DNA of 64,000 nucleotides, taken from positions 1 through 64,000 of the IMG/VR virus record IMGVR_UViG_3300017917_001194; one strand, written 5' to 3'. Shown here in pieces: positions 11,042-21,086 of the stretch. Positions within the stretch are counted from its first letter, which is position 1. Each line of letters starts with the position of its first letter. This DNA is from a virus. Both the position numbers and the translations under genes were made by a program. The notes beneath the pieces were generated by a model, which worked only from the letters and a program-made list of their open reading frames with translations, made no database searches and had not been told where the DNA came from.

Positions 11042-12653
11042 GTTTGACGTATTTTATACTGGAAAAAAGCCTAATATATTCCCGCACGAACGGGCTGTAA
11101 ATACTATTGAACAAGCACAACAGTTAAGTCGTACTCGATACTTCTGGATCATAAACTATTTAACAGACTACACAGGCTTTGATTTTTTATATGAGCCTGT
11201 GCCTTGGGAAAGTAACCAGGCACACGTTTGGCCCAGTCAGCATCAAGCTAATGGTCATACATGGTTAGTGCCCAAACAAGGATATACTGATATAAACCGT
11301 AATCACCCGCAACTTCGACGCAACAAGCGTGTGCCCATTGTGGCCATAGATCATGGAGATGGAGTGACCTTTGACCACGATTATCGGACTCGTTACATAA
11401 GTGATTACCTAGGTACACTTAAACGTGTGTTAAGCAAACTAGATGAAGAGTATGTTTGGGTAGCGTCAAGTGTGTGTGACTACAGTGACTTTGATTGGAC
11501 TTGGCACCCCAGTGAGTGGCAACAGGACATGCTACACGTGTTTGCCAGTGATCAACTAAAGTTTGGTGATACGTTCTTTGTACATGTTCCTAGCTTTATA
11601 GCTAAAACAAAAAACCTAGCATTATTAGAATGGTTTGATACCATCCACTTTGTAGAAGGTATTTCAGTGCCACGTTCGCCTGTGCCAGTTAAGTTTCATA
11701 CACACGATAGTCAAGTTACCGCTATTAAAGCGTACGATTTCTCTCGTGCGCCTGTTGTACAGTTTACTCGTAATCGTGTGGGTGAATTGCCGGAACCTAC
11801 TATTAACTTATGGCGTCAAGAAACCAAAGCAGTTATTCCAATGACTCCGGGTGCTAGTACTGTGCTAGTTCCACGTGAAGCTAAGAACTATGTCAACACG
11901 CAAGTATATGATTACCCTGTAATAGACCGCTCACATAGGAATACTCTAGAGGATCCACTGTTAGACATTGTGTTTATCAGTAACGGCGAAATTAATGCTG
12001 AATACAACTACGAGAAATTAAAGTTCTATGCTGGCGATCGCAATCGTATTACTCGTGTGAATAATGTTAAAGGACGTGTGGCCGCTTATCATGCGGCAGC
12101 CAGAGCCAGTAGCACTCCTTGGTTTTTTACTGTGTTTGCCAAATTAGAAGTTGAGCCTAACTTTGATTGGACCTGGCATCCTGACTGTTTACAACAGCCC
12201 AAGCATTATATCTTCCATGCACGTAATCCCGTTAATGGATTAGTCTACGGACACCAAGCCATGATTGCTTATAATAAGGATCTAGTTCTAAACAATCCAG
12301 GACACGGACTGGACTTTACATTAGACGATGCACATGAAGTTGTGCCCATTGTAAGTGGAACAGCTTACTATAATATGGATGCATGGACCTGCTGGCGTAC
12401 TGCTTTCCGTGAAGCACTCAAGTTAAAATCAGCAACAGATGTGGAAAGCAAGTATAGATTAAGCAAATGGGTGGAAGATCGTATTCACACACTTGATCCT
12501 GGGTTCGGGCAATGGAGTCACATAGGTGCTCGCGATGCTGTGGAGTATTATGATTCGGTTAACGGTAACTTTGATGAACTTAAGAAGAGTTACGAGTGGG
12601 ATTGGTTAGCTAGTTATGCGTTCGTAAAGCATAACTTGTTGCCTAACAGCTAA
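11040..12653 (+). CDS. Glycosyltransferase-like protein with internally repeated domains
   Basis: Repeated (W/F)DW/FxxP-W segments; C-terminal DIVFISNGE...WRTAFRE domain. Confidence 0.5.
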   Translation: MFDVFYTGKKPNIFPHERAVNTIEQAQQLSRTRYFWIINYLTDYTGFDFLYEPVPWESNQAHVWPSQHQANGHTWLVPKQGYTDINRNHPQLRRNKRVPIVAIDHGDGVTFDHDYRTRYISDYLGTLKRVLSKLDEEYVWVASSVCDYSDFDWTWHPSEWQQDMLHVFASDQLKFGDTFFVHVPSFIAKTKNLALLEWFDTIHFVEGISVPRSPVPVKFHTHDSQVTAIKAYDFSRAPVVQFTRNRVGELPEPTINLWRQETKAVIPMTPGASTVLVPREAKNYVNTQVYDYPVIDRSHRNTLEDPLLDIVFISNGEINAEYNYEKLKFYAGDRNRITRVNNVKGRVAAYHAAARASSTPWFFTVFAKLEVEPNFDWTWHPDCLQQPKHYIFHARNPVNGLVYGHQAMIAYNKDLVLNNPGHGLDFTLDDAHEVVPIVSGTAYYNMDAWTCWRTAFREALKLKSATDVESKYRLSKWVEDRIHTLDPGFGQWSHIGARDAVEYYDSVNGNFDELKKSYEWDWLASYAFVKHNLLPNS

Positions 12654-12718
12654 ATAAAAGTGCCCCTCGCGATGTTGGAAGCATCCAGGAGCTCTAATAG
12701 TTGAAAGGAACTACCAGC

Positions 12719-13366
12719 ATGAATAATACTTATTATGTTTACGCCTACCTAAGAGAAGATGGCACACCTTACTATATTGGTAAAGGAAAAAGTCGTCGAC
12801 ATCTAGGTGATCATAGAGTTCATGTTCCTACTGATAAGGAACGTATTGTATTCTTAAATGAAAATCTCTCTGAATCAGACGCATTTAATCTAGAAAAATA
12901 TTATATACAGAAATATGGACGTAAGGATCTAGGTACAGGTATTCTACGAAACTTAACTGATGGTGGAGAAGGAGCCACTGGTGCCATTAGATCTAAAGAA
13001 TTCAAAGAAAATTTAAGGCAGTCCAGAACAGGTATTCCCCGCAGTGTTGAAATTATAGAAAAAATTAAACGAAACGCTGTAGGACATATTGGTCCTAATA
13101 ATGGTATGTATGGTCGTCAACATACTACAACCACTAAAGAACTAATAAGGAATAAACAAGTAGGAAGAAAACATAGCTCTGAGGTCAACGCCAAAAAAGG
13201 TTTACCGGGAGATAAGAATTCACGTGCTCGTTCTGTCATGACACCATATGGATCATATACAACAATAAAAGAAGCATCTGAGAAACTTAACGTGTGTTAT
13301 CACACAATTCTAAATCGTATTAAGTCAACAGCTAACCGATTTAATGAATATTATTTTATTACTTAA
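12719..13366 (+). mobile_element. GIY-YIG homing endonuclease with NUMOD3-like repeats
   Basis: YYVYAYLREDGTPYYIGKG, RNLTDGGEG, NGMYGRQHT; opposite strand to neighbouring operon. Confidence 0.85.
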
Positions 13367-14462
13367 TATTATCGAGTACCGAATCGATTATGTACTCTAC
13401 TTCTAAATCCGATAATTCTGAATAAAAGGGCAGTGAAAGAACTCTACGTGCTAGACTAGAACTCACTGCTAACATATCTGGTCCTGGATATTCTCTAAAC
13501 GCACCAACTTCATGTAGTGGTTCTTTGTAATGAATGCGTGTTTCTATTTTCTTTAGTTCTAAGTTACGCTGTAGTAAATCCCTGTTATCAACATCAATGA
13601 CAAACTTATGGAACGCATGTCCGTTAACAGTATTGTCATCAATCAAACTGCGAATGCCTGACTTCTTTAAACGTTCAATCCAATATACTGCAATCTTTTG
13701 ACGACGTTCTTGCCAAGCATCTAAGTGACGAGTTTTAACCATCATTTGAGCGCAGTCAACTTCACTCATACGGCTGTTACTACCAACTATTTGGTTACCT
13801 GGTTTACCATGCTCACGCCATTCTCTGGCGTAGAGTACTAAGTCTAAGTTGTTAGTTACAATAGCACCACCGTTGCCAAAGTTAGCAAGGTTCTTCATAG
13901 GATCAAACGAAATGGCAGCCGCATCACCAAAGCGTTGGCATCCATTGGCTAACCAATGTTGTGCGGCATCTTCAATCCAAGTAACATTACTGTTGAATAC
14001 AGTACGCATGGGCCAATACTTAACTTCGGCCATCTTCATTATACTGGCACCATACAAGCCCACTGACACCACTGCCTGGAATGCCAAGTCATGTGGAATA
14101 GTGCGTGGATCAAATAAACCATACTTGTCTGTGTCTATAAAGTATAGTTCCCAACCTGCTCGAATAAATGCGTTAGCAGTGGCAGCAAAAGTTAAACTAG
14201 GTACAAGCACCCGTGGTGGATTGACGACTGTTTGTCTTGCGTAGTATTCAGCAATGATTTCTAGTGCGTGGGTGCCTGAGTGACAAGTAACAGCATATCT
14301 AACGTGATTCTTCTTGGCTAACCACGCTTCAAACTCTTCTGTGTTATTGCCATTCATTAACTGTCCGCTACGCAGAACTTCATCTGTAGCGTCTAATATT
14401 TCTTGGCGTAGATTATTATACTGCTTCTTAAGCCCGGTGAAAGGTATTGTAAGTCCTGACAT
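13359..14462 (-). CDS. DegT/DnrJ/EryC1/StrS PLP-dependent sugar aminotransferase
   Basis: SGTHAL, TFAATANA, IEDAAQ, SFDPMKNL..GNGG, NSRMSE. Confidence 0.9.
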   Translation of the reverse strand: MSGLTIPFTGLKKQYNNLRQEILDATDEVLRSGQLMNGNNTEEFEAWLAKKNHVRYAVTCHSGTHALEIIAEYYARQTVVNPPRVLVPSLTFAATANAFIRAGWELYFIDTDKYGLFDPRTIPHDLAFQAVVSVGLYGASIMKMAEVKYWPMRTVFNSNVTWIEDAAQHWLANGCQRFGDAAAISFDPMKNLANFGNGGAIVTNNLDLVLYAREWREHGKPGNQIVGSNSRMSEVDCAQMMVKTRHLDAWQERRQKIAVYWIERLKKSGIRSLIDDNTVNGHAFHKFVIDVDNRDLLQRNLELKKIETRIHYKEPLHEVGAFREYPGPDMLAVSSSLARRVLSLPFYSELSDLEVEYIIDSVLDNIK

Positions 14463-14501
14463 TATGAGAACCAATAAACGGAATGATAGATAAATAACAT
14501 T

Positions 14502-15137
14502 ATGTATTTACAAAACAAATATACTCGTTACTATTATAACATCATTAATAACGCAAAAGCAAGATCAATTGATGGTTATTCTGAACAACATCACATTATT
14601 CCTAAATCTTTAGGAGGATCAAATGATAAATCAAATCTTGTAGCACTTACACCAAGAGAACATTTTATATGTCATTGGTTGCTAACCAAAATGTTACCAA
14701 AATCACCAGAACAAAAGAAACTATATCATGCGTTCTCCGCATTTAACATGTCTAGTTCCACTCAACAAAGACAAATATCAAGCAAACAATACCAAATACT
14801 TTCTAAGGCAAGTAAGATTGCTCTTAAAGGGAACACACATAATAAAGGCAAAGTAAGGTCTGCTGAGGCTAACGAAAAACAAAGACAAACTATGTTAGCA
14901 AAATATAAAACACAGAAACACAAGAACGCTGGCAAAACTTACGATGAATTATATAGTAATGCCGCTGAACGTAAAGCCAAACTAAAAGGACCACGTGGTC
15001 CTCGTAAGAATCCTCCTGGTCCACAAGCCTTAGTTACGTGTCCTTGTTGCGGTAAAACAGGAGGAGTTAGTAATATGAAACGTTATCACTTTGATAACTG
15101 TTCTGTCCAAAAGGGTGAACTCGCAAGCCACTCATAG
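14502..15137 (+). mobile_element. HNH homing endonuclease
   Basis: EQHHIIPKSLGGSNDKSNLVALTPREHFICHWLL; C-terminal CPCC..RYHFDNC. Confidence 0.88.
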
Positions 15138-16066
15138 TATGCTTGGAATCCTTCTTCTACGTCCACTGTAGGATAAAAGTTAAAATCTCTACGTGCCGCA
15201 TCAATATTTAACGCACCACGACTTGGAAAGTCTGCGTCTTTATCGCGAACTTCTATAGTGCCTCGGCCTACAATTTTAACTGCTAGTTCTGCGGCCTCTA
15301 ACAATGTGCGGCTGTGACTTTTGGTAATATTATATGTTTTATTATTTGTATTATCACTTAGTGCGGCCGCAACAATACCATCTGCGGCATCATCCACATA
15401 GGTAAAGTCCAGTGTCTCCCCGGCACCATTTACCTTTAATACCTCACCACGCATGGCAGTGAGCATAAACTTGGCAATCACACGATCTTCTACATCAAGT
15501 GGACCATACACAGCACTAGGACGAATAATTGTATGTGCTATATTTGAACTGCGTGTGTAGTCACGTACCAACCATTCTCCGGCTAGTTTCATAATACCAT
15601 ATTGTCCTTGTGGACGACAAACGGCATCTTCTGTTACGTCATCTTTAAAGTCACCATAAACCATACTAGAGCTAATGTACAAGAACTTACATACCTTGTG
15701 CTTCTTGGCATTTTCCAATAAGTTAAGCAGGCCTTCGCTCATAGCACGTGAACCTAGTTGTGGGTTTGCGTTAACAACTTTTTGACGTGGAAAGCTAGCC
15801 ATGTGTATGATAGTATCTGGCTTGAACTTACGCAACAAGAAGTCGATACCATCGTCGTCGGCAATATCTATACGATAGATTTCTTTGGTTGTGATCTTCT
15901 TTAGTCGCTCGCCAATTAGATAATCCAATTCTTCTTGTGGGATGATACCATAGTTGGTGCGTGTATCTGTGATAATAACATTATGTCCGAGCTTTTCAAG
16001 TCGAGCTACAACATTATGTCCAATTAGGCCTAGTCCGCCTGTTACTAAGATTGTCCTTGTTTCCAT
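15086..16066 (-). CDS. NAD-dependent nucleotide-sugar epimerase/dehydratase
   Basis: TGGLGLIG, SSSMVYG, YGIMK (YxxxK), DFTYVDD. Confidence 0.9.
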   Translation of the reverse strand: METRTILVTGGLGLIGHNVVARLEKLGHNVIITDTRTNYGIIPQEELDYLIGERLKKITTKEIYRIDIADDDGIDFLLRKFKPDTIIHMASFPRQKVVNANPQLGSRAMSEGLLNLLENAKKHKVCKFLYISSSMVYGDFKDDVTEDAVCRPQGQYGIMKLAGEWLVRDYTRSSNIAHTIIRPSAVYGPLDVEDRVIAKFMLTAMRGEVLKVNGAGETLDFTYVDDAADGIVAAALSDNTNNKTYNITKSHSRTLLEAAELAVKIVGRGTIEVRDKDADFPSRGALNIDAARRDFNFYPTVDVEEGFQAYYEWLASSPFWTEQLSK

Positions 16067-16377
16067 TTTAATGTCCAATAAAGTTCGTCTGGTTCTTTGA
16101 GTCTAGCAACAATGTGATATCGGTAACCCCAATGCATAGGATCCATCGCACGATGCCAAAATGGTTGTTCTACAGCATGTTCCATAACCCACTTACCTGC
16201 TTCTGTTGCTTGCCATTGAATGATAGGTTCTGCGGCATACAAGTTTGGATCTTCAACATCGCCTAAGGTAAATGAGTGTACAATAACGTCTGATATTTTT
16301 ACTGCTTGATCGTTGATCAGCCGCCACTCGGTCGCCTTGAATAATTTTTCTGAATCGTGATTATAGTATCCGGCCAT
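16045..16377 (-). CDS. Hypothetical protein (ends ELYWTLKW, like the small-paralogue family)
   Basis: ORF downstream of sigma70-like promoter 16384-16411. Confidence 0.65.
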   Translation of the reverse strand: MAGYYNHDSEKLFKATEWRLINDQAVKISDVIVHSFTLGDVEDPNLYAAEPIIQWQATEAGKWVMEHAVEQPFWHRAMDPMHWGYRYHIVARLKEPDELYWTLKWKQGQS

Positions 16378-16428
16378 ACTGTTATTATAACGCATTTCTA
16401 TAAAATGTCAAGTGTCATAAATACCATT

Positions 16429-17076
16429 ATGATATACCTATACATAAAAACACATAATAAAACTGGATTAAAGTATTTAGGCAAAACAGTAAGGGACCCG
16501 TACAAATATAAAGGTTCTGGAAAAAGATGGACTAATCATATTAAGAAACACGGTAATGATGTAACTACAGAAGTAGTTGGTATATTTAATACAAACGAGG
16601 AATTAAAACAATTTTCTGTAATATTATCCGAAGAACTTAATATTGTTGATTCAGATAAATGGGCTAATCTTATGCCCGAAACTGGCACAGGCGGTGATAC
16701 ATCAAAATATATTAATTATGCAAACATCAATCATGGTAAAGGGCAAACATACGAGGAAAGATATGGTGTTGAAAAGGCATTAGAACTTAGGCAGATGAGA
16801 TCTAAGAAACTTTCCGAAACTAGGAAAGGTAAGACATATAAGCAAATACACGGTGCTGAGCAAGCCGAGATACTTAGAAAGAAACGATCCGAAGACCGCT
16901 CTAAATATAACACCGGGCGCACCCATTCTAGTTCTACCCGCGAAAAAATAAGCCAGCGAGCAATTGGGAGAATACAACTTCGTTGCTCGTGTATTATTTG
17001 TCATACAGAAATATCAATTAATAATATTTCTAGTCATTACAAAGTCCATCCATCATTGGAAAAATCTTTGAAATAA
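16429..17076 (+). mobile_element. GIY-YIG-type homing endonuclease
   Basis: IYLYIKTHNKTGLKYLGKT...YKGSGKRW; KTYEERYG repeats; start reassigned to ATG 5 nt after TAAATA. Confidence 0.8.
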
Positions 17077-17710
17077 CCTCAGCAATTGCTCTAGCAATAT
17101 CCATATGCTCTTTTTGTGTTCCGTGCGCTGATCTTAGTTCGCAATAGTGAATCCAGCTACGTAGTGTGCCATTCATGTACAACCGACTTACGGTATTACC
17201 TTCCGGTAGTACTGCACGAGCTTGTTCTTTGGCGATACCGTTTTCAATAGCCCAAGCGTAAGCATCTTTAGCGGCAGCAATAACGAACTCTTGTTTTTTA
17301 CGCCAGGATTCTTTTAACTCGCTTTCGTTGTCTGAGTCGCCTATTTCTACGCTGTTCTGTCTATTTTTGGTATCTTGTAAGCGAGCTTCACGAATAACAA
17401 AATCCAAATCCTTTGTAGGATCTGCATAGCGTTGGCTAAACTCTTGGAAACTAAAACTTCTATGTCGTAATATTTGTCTAGCAATATCACGTGTGGTTTC
17501 GATTTCAATACAAGCACTTACCATTTCAAGTGGGCTCCAATGAGCATGTTTAATCAAATACTTGATTAACTTTTCACTTGTTTCGGTATTGAGTTGGTTT
17601 GCGGGATTACTTACTCTAGCACAGTAAGCAATAAGCTCTTGAACGTTGTCAATACCAACTGAGTTGAATTCCTCAGTTGGCTGACTATATGATACGAGTT
17701 TTACTTTCAC
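17030..17710 (-). CDS. thyX: Flavin-dependent thymidylate synthase
   Basis: HWSPLE, RQILRHRSFSFQEFSQRY (RHRx7S motif), ARAVLP, QKEH. Confidence 0.95.
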   Translation of the reverse strand: MKVKLVSYSQPTEEFNSVGIDNVQELIAYCARVSNPANQLNTETSEKLIKYLIKHAHWSPLEMVSACIEIETTRDIARQILRHRSFSFQEFSQRYADPTKDLDFVIREARLQDTKNRQNSVEIGDSDNESELKESWRKKQEFVIAAAKDAYAWAIENGIAKEQARAVLPEGNTVSRLYMNGTLRSWIHYCELRSAHGTQKEHMDIARAIAEVISKIFPMMDGLCND

Positions 17711-18012
17711 TTAATTTTTTCTAACAGTTTGTCAGTTTCGGGTTGAACAAGATCAGCTACAGCTTCAACATCAACTACAAAATCCACATCACGTATTTCA
17801 TGGTCTAAATCATTAAGAGTTCTTGTAAGCATAGTTTCAATTTCTTCTAATGCTAGTCCTTGTTTCTTTAACGTGTGTAGATTTATAGTTTTTTGTTTAC
17901 TTCCTGTTAGTTTGATCACTACTTTTTTAATGCACTCGAGTGGGATATCAGTCTTGTGTACTTCTGCAATAATGTGTTCCCATCTCTTCAAGAAGTCATC
18001 ACTGAGTTGCAC
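17707..18012 (-). CDS. Hypothetical protein
   Basis: Coupled ORF. Confidence 0.7.
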   Translation of the reverse strand: MQLSDDFLKRWEHIIAEVHKTDIPLECIKKVVIKLTGSKQKTINLHTLKKQGLALEEIETMLTRTLNDLDHEIRDVDFVVDVEAVADLVQPETDKLLEKIK

Positions 18013-18703
18013 TCGCCACCGCCTGTTTGCTAGGACGACCGCGTTTCTTAGGTGCGGTTACGGTAGTTGTAACAGTGGCTTCCGAAGTAACTACACCTGG
18101 ATGCATGCGTTCGGCTTCTTTCTTCATACGTGCGGCTTCAGCTAATAAACCTTTAGCTTCGGCTTCCATACGTTGAGCTTGCGTTAGCATATTACTGGCT
18201 AATGCACGATCATCTAGTGCGTCAGCTTGTGGTGCCTGTGTGGGAGCTTGTTGTGATTTGAACTGAGCTTCCGCGGCACGTTTAACAGTTGGGTCAACTA
18301 ATCCACGTGCGGCATCGTTTTGTGCCATGCGCTTGATAGCTTCTTCACCTTGTTTCATTTCGTTGAGCATGTTATTAAGCTCATCTAACTTAACAGATGA
18401 ATCTGATCGTGGTGTTACCAATACATCAGCAGTGCGAATCTTCTTGATCATTTTTTCTGCATGCAGTGTTTCAAGAATATTACGACCGTCTGTTAACAAA
18501 TTACGGTGTAGTGCATCAGCTAAGTTTTCAGCTTGTTGGCCAACATCGCTTTCGAGTACTTTCATAATCGAATCGTGCCAGTGTGCTGGTAGTACATCTG
18601 GATAGATAACCAATGCCATGTGTGGCTCGTTTGGTACTTCTCTCCATAAGATAGCAACCTTGCGGTCACCTTGTCTACCGATATGTTTAATAAATGCTGC
18701 CAT
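17999..18703 (-). CDS. Hypothetical protein with coiled-coil and AT-hook-like KKRGRP tail
   Basis: GGAG upstream of ATG 18703; PKKRGRPSK. Confidence 0.7.
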   Translation of the reverse strand: MAAFIKHIGRQGDRKVAILWREVPNEPHMALVIYPDVLPAHWHDSIMKVLESDVGQQAENLADALHRNLLTDGRNILETLHAEKMIKKIRTADVLVTPRSDSSVKLDELNNMLNEMKQGEEAIKRMAQNDAARGLVDPTVKRAAEAQFKSQQAPTQAPQADALDDRALASNMLTQAQRMEAEAKGLLAEAARMKKEAERMHPGVVTSEATVTTTVTAPKKRGRPSKQAVASATQ

Positions 18704-18704
18704 T

Positions 18705-18911
18705 TTACTCTCCTTGGGGTTGGCCTTCATTTGATGCTTGTGCATCTGCTTGTGCCTGAGCTGTTATTGCCTGTAAAAAAATAGTGAGTTTATCATACAT
18801 CTCACCTACGTCTTTAACTTCATTGGCACGGAATGCACCGCGAGTACAAGCCAAGTCAATGATTCCTGCTAATGCTGATAAGTCTGCTATTGTTAATGAA
18901 GGATTTTCCAT
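18705..18911 (-). CDS. Hypothetical protein (IDLACTRGAFRANE motif)
   Basis: TAAATA-N5-ATG late leaderless start. Confidence 0.65.
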   Translation of the reverse strand: MENPSLTIADLSALAGIIDLACTRGAFRANEVKDVGEMYDKLTIFLQAITAQAQADAQASNEGQPQGE

Positions 18912-18927
18912 GTAGATATTTACATAG

Positions 18928-18963
18928 AAAAAACGCTGTGACAAAATAAATCACAGCGTTTTT
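18928..18963. terminator. Bidirectional intrinsic terminator
   Basis: AAAAAACGCTGTGA...TCACAGCGTTTTT inverted repeat with T-tracts on both strands. Confidence 0.7.
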
Positions 18964-18984
18964 AGGGGATTTCGGTAAAACTGA

Positions 18985-19158
18985 CTAGTTCTTTTTAACG
19001 AAAACGTAGTTAACGAATGCGATGCCCCACAGTACCAATGCACTTACATAATCACCTTGTCCAAAGTTAACCATACCGCCCAAGGCTAACCAACCAATAA
19101 CAAACCAAGTGATTTCTACCTGATACTTCAAATACCAACGTCTAAAATTTTCCAACAT
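18985..19158 (-). CDS. Small membrane protein (57 aa)
   Basis: Manually translated MLENFRRWYLKYQVEITWFVIGWLALGG...; two hydrophobic segments. Confidence 0.6.
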   Translation of the reverse strand: MLENFRRWYLKYQVEITWFVIGWLALGGMVNFGQGDYVSALVLWGIAFVNYVFVKKN

Positions 19159-19159
19159 T

Positions 19160-19330
19160 TTACTTACCTTTCGCTAATTCAACTCGCACACATTGTGGAG
19201 TTCCTATAAGATTGTTTCCAACAGTTATTACAGCCTGCTTCATAATATTACAGTCATTTACACTAGTCACTGGCGGAGAATAAGATATTACTCCGTGGGC
19301 ACTAACGAACACCAAAACATAAGCGTACAT
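19160..19330 (-). CDS. Small hypothetical protein (56 aa)
   Basis: Manually translated MYAYVLVFVSAHG...; start overlaps vWA stop. Confidence 0.55.
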   Translation of the reverse strand: MYAYVLVFVSAHGVISYSPPVTSVNDCNIMKQAVITVGNNLIGTPQCVRVELAKGK

Positions 19331-20628
19331 TATTTAGATTCCTCTTCGTAATAAGCATACTGACCCCATGGTGGCTGTATGGTAGTAGTACCATGCAAGA
19401 TCCACACAGTATCAGTATAGTTTTCATCTCCCCAAGATCCAAATGGATAGCCGTCTGTGAAAACTACCAAACGCTTGGGCTCAATCTGCTCATCCTTAAG
19501 ATACCTAAAGATAGCATCAAAGTCTGTACCACCACCACCTTGTGGGTCATAGCTGGTGATGTCATCTAAGTTCTCACTGTCAAACTGCTGTGGATTGTAC
19601 ACTTCAGTGTCAAATGTGAACACGTGAATCTTGTATGCTGAGAACTGTTCCATAATGCCAGCAATCTCACCCAAGAAGTCCTTGAGCATCTTCTCCCCAA
19701 TAGATCCTGAGGTATCAATTGCTACTGCAATATCGATGAGCTCATCATTCTTCATACCTGGCATAACAGCATCCATATGCCAGCCACGACGGCTTGCCCG
19801 CATCCAAGTAAAGTCACTCTTAATAGTGCTCTCTAACTGCATACGCAACAGCTCACGCCAGTTCATTTTTGGTGCTGTCATATCTTGAATAATACGTTTA
19901 ACACCTGCTGGCAAGTTACCTGCACCATCTGACGCTTGAGCGGCCGCTAGTACAGCTTCTTTAATCTCATCACGGATCTTTTGCTTTTCCTCAGCTGACA
20001 GTTTAGGCTTACCCTTACCTTGCTTGCCTTCACCATCCTCATCACCGCCTTCACCGGGACCATCGCCATCATCATCACCATCCATGTGCTCATCTAACAT
20101 CTTGTCAATGAGGTCATTGATGTTGATTTTTTCAGCGTTCTCATACAAGATGTCATAAACTTCTTCCGAGCTCATGCCATCATACTTGCTGTCATGTAAG
20201 CAAGGAACTGATGTAATCTTTTCACCCACACGATGTTTGACCAAGTCTGCGTTTACGCAATAGTCATTGGCAATATTCCATAGTTGAGGGTCACGATCGC
20301 CTCTACGGCCAAAGTGATCATAGACACAGTGCAATACCTCGTGACCAAACAAGAACTCAATCTCTTTTGGACGAAGCATTTTAACGAAACGGGTGTTATA
20401 GTAGAAGTTACGTCCATCTGTTGCGGCAGTAGGACACCATTCATCTGCGTTGACTAACTTGAGACGAGTAGCTAGGTTACCAAAGAAACTAGCACGAAGC
20501 AGTAAGCCTACACGAGCAGTGATTAACTTCTCACGGACTTCGCGATCTTCTGCTGGAATAGTTGGACCCAAAAGGTTAGCAAACTTCTTGGAATCTTTGC
20601 TATCTGCGGTAGTGCCTTTTGTGCTCAT
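19330..20628 (-). CDS. DUF2201-type metallopeptidase-vWA protein (MoxR partner)
   Basis: TAATDG, HEVLH (HExxH), DTSGS MIDAS, GGGGTDF, FTDG. Confidence 0.88.
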   Translation of the reverse strand: MSTKGTTADSKDSKKFANLLGPTIPAEDREVREKLITARVGLLLRASFFGNLATRLKLVNADEWCPTAATDGRNFYYNTRFVKMLRPKEIEFLFGHEVLHCVYDHFGRRGDRDPQLWNIANDYCVNADLVKHRVGEKITSVPCLHDSKYDGMSSEEVYDILYENAEKININDLIDKMLDEHMDGDDDGDGPGEGGDEDGEGKQGKGKPKLSAEEKQKIRDEIKEAVLAAAQASDGAGNLPAGVKRIIQDMTAPKMNWRELLRMQLESTIKSDFTWMRASRRGWHMDAVMPGMKNDELIDIAVAIDTSGSIGEKMLKDFLGEIAGIMEQFSAYKIHVFTFDTEVYNPQQFDSENLDDITSYDPQGGGGTDFDAIFRYLKDEQIEPKRLVVFTDGYPFGSWGDENYTDTVWILHGTTTIQPPWGQYAYYEEESK

Positions 20629-20652
20629 AATGCTCCTTAACTGTATTTTATA

Positions 20653-20681
20653 ATTATAGCGAAAGTTGAGATACTAGTCAA
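20653..20681 (-). promoter_or_regulatory. sigma70-type early promoter
   Basis: TTGACT-N17-TATAAT. Confidence 0.8.
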
Positions 20682-20683
20682 TC

Positions 20684-20926
20684 TCAAGCCTCAACCGGAT
20701 CGTCGAAGATCCAACCTTGTTCACGCAAATATGCACGACCTTGGGCTGTGGATTTCATATTATCCATACGGTCGTGAATGGCATTGATTTCTGCAACAAG
20801 ATACTCTTTGCTTCTCCACTGTTCGGGGGTGGCATTACGTGGTCGCCAACCATAGAAGTCTTTGTGGAAATCACTGTAGTATCCTTGTAGCTCTTCTACA
20901 TCAAAGTCTGTAAATTCACGTGCCAT
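20684..20926 (-). CDS. Hypothetical protein (YSDFHKDFYGWRPR)
   Basis: AGGAG RBS, own promoter. Confidence 0.7.
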   Translation of the reverse strand: MAREFTDFDVEELQGYYSDFHKDFYGWRPRNATPEQWRSKEYLVAEINAIHDRMDNMKSTAQGRAYLREQGWIFDDPVEA

Positions 20927-20958
20927 TTGATACTCCTAATTCTTGACTGTATAGTAAT

Positions 20959-20987
20959 ATTATAGCAGAATGGGTATTTCAGGTCAA
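20959..20987 (-). promoter_or_regulatory. sigma70-type early promoter
   Basis: TTGACC-N17-TATAAT. Confidence 0.8.
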
Positions 20988-21039
20988 GTATTAACTAGGC
21001 GAGCTAAGTCATTGATTCTTAAGTAATTTTTTATCCAAG

Positions 21040-21062
21040 AAAAAGCCCACCGAAGTGGGCTC
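21040..21062 (-). terminator. Intrinsic terminator after porin
   Basis: AGCCCAC-TTCG-GTGGGCT-TTTT. Confidence 0.85.
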
Positions 21063-21086
21063 TGCTAGTCAAGTTCTAATCTTGGA

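Noticed and set aside
12719-17076. Group I introns housing the endonucleases
   Set aside because: Flanking genes (aminotransferase, epimerase, thyX) are uninterrupted; the endonucleases are free-standing and antisense.
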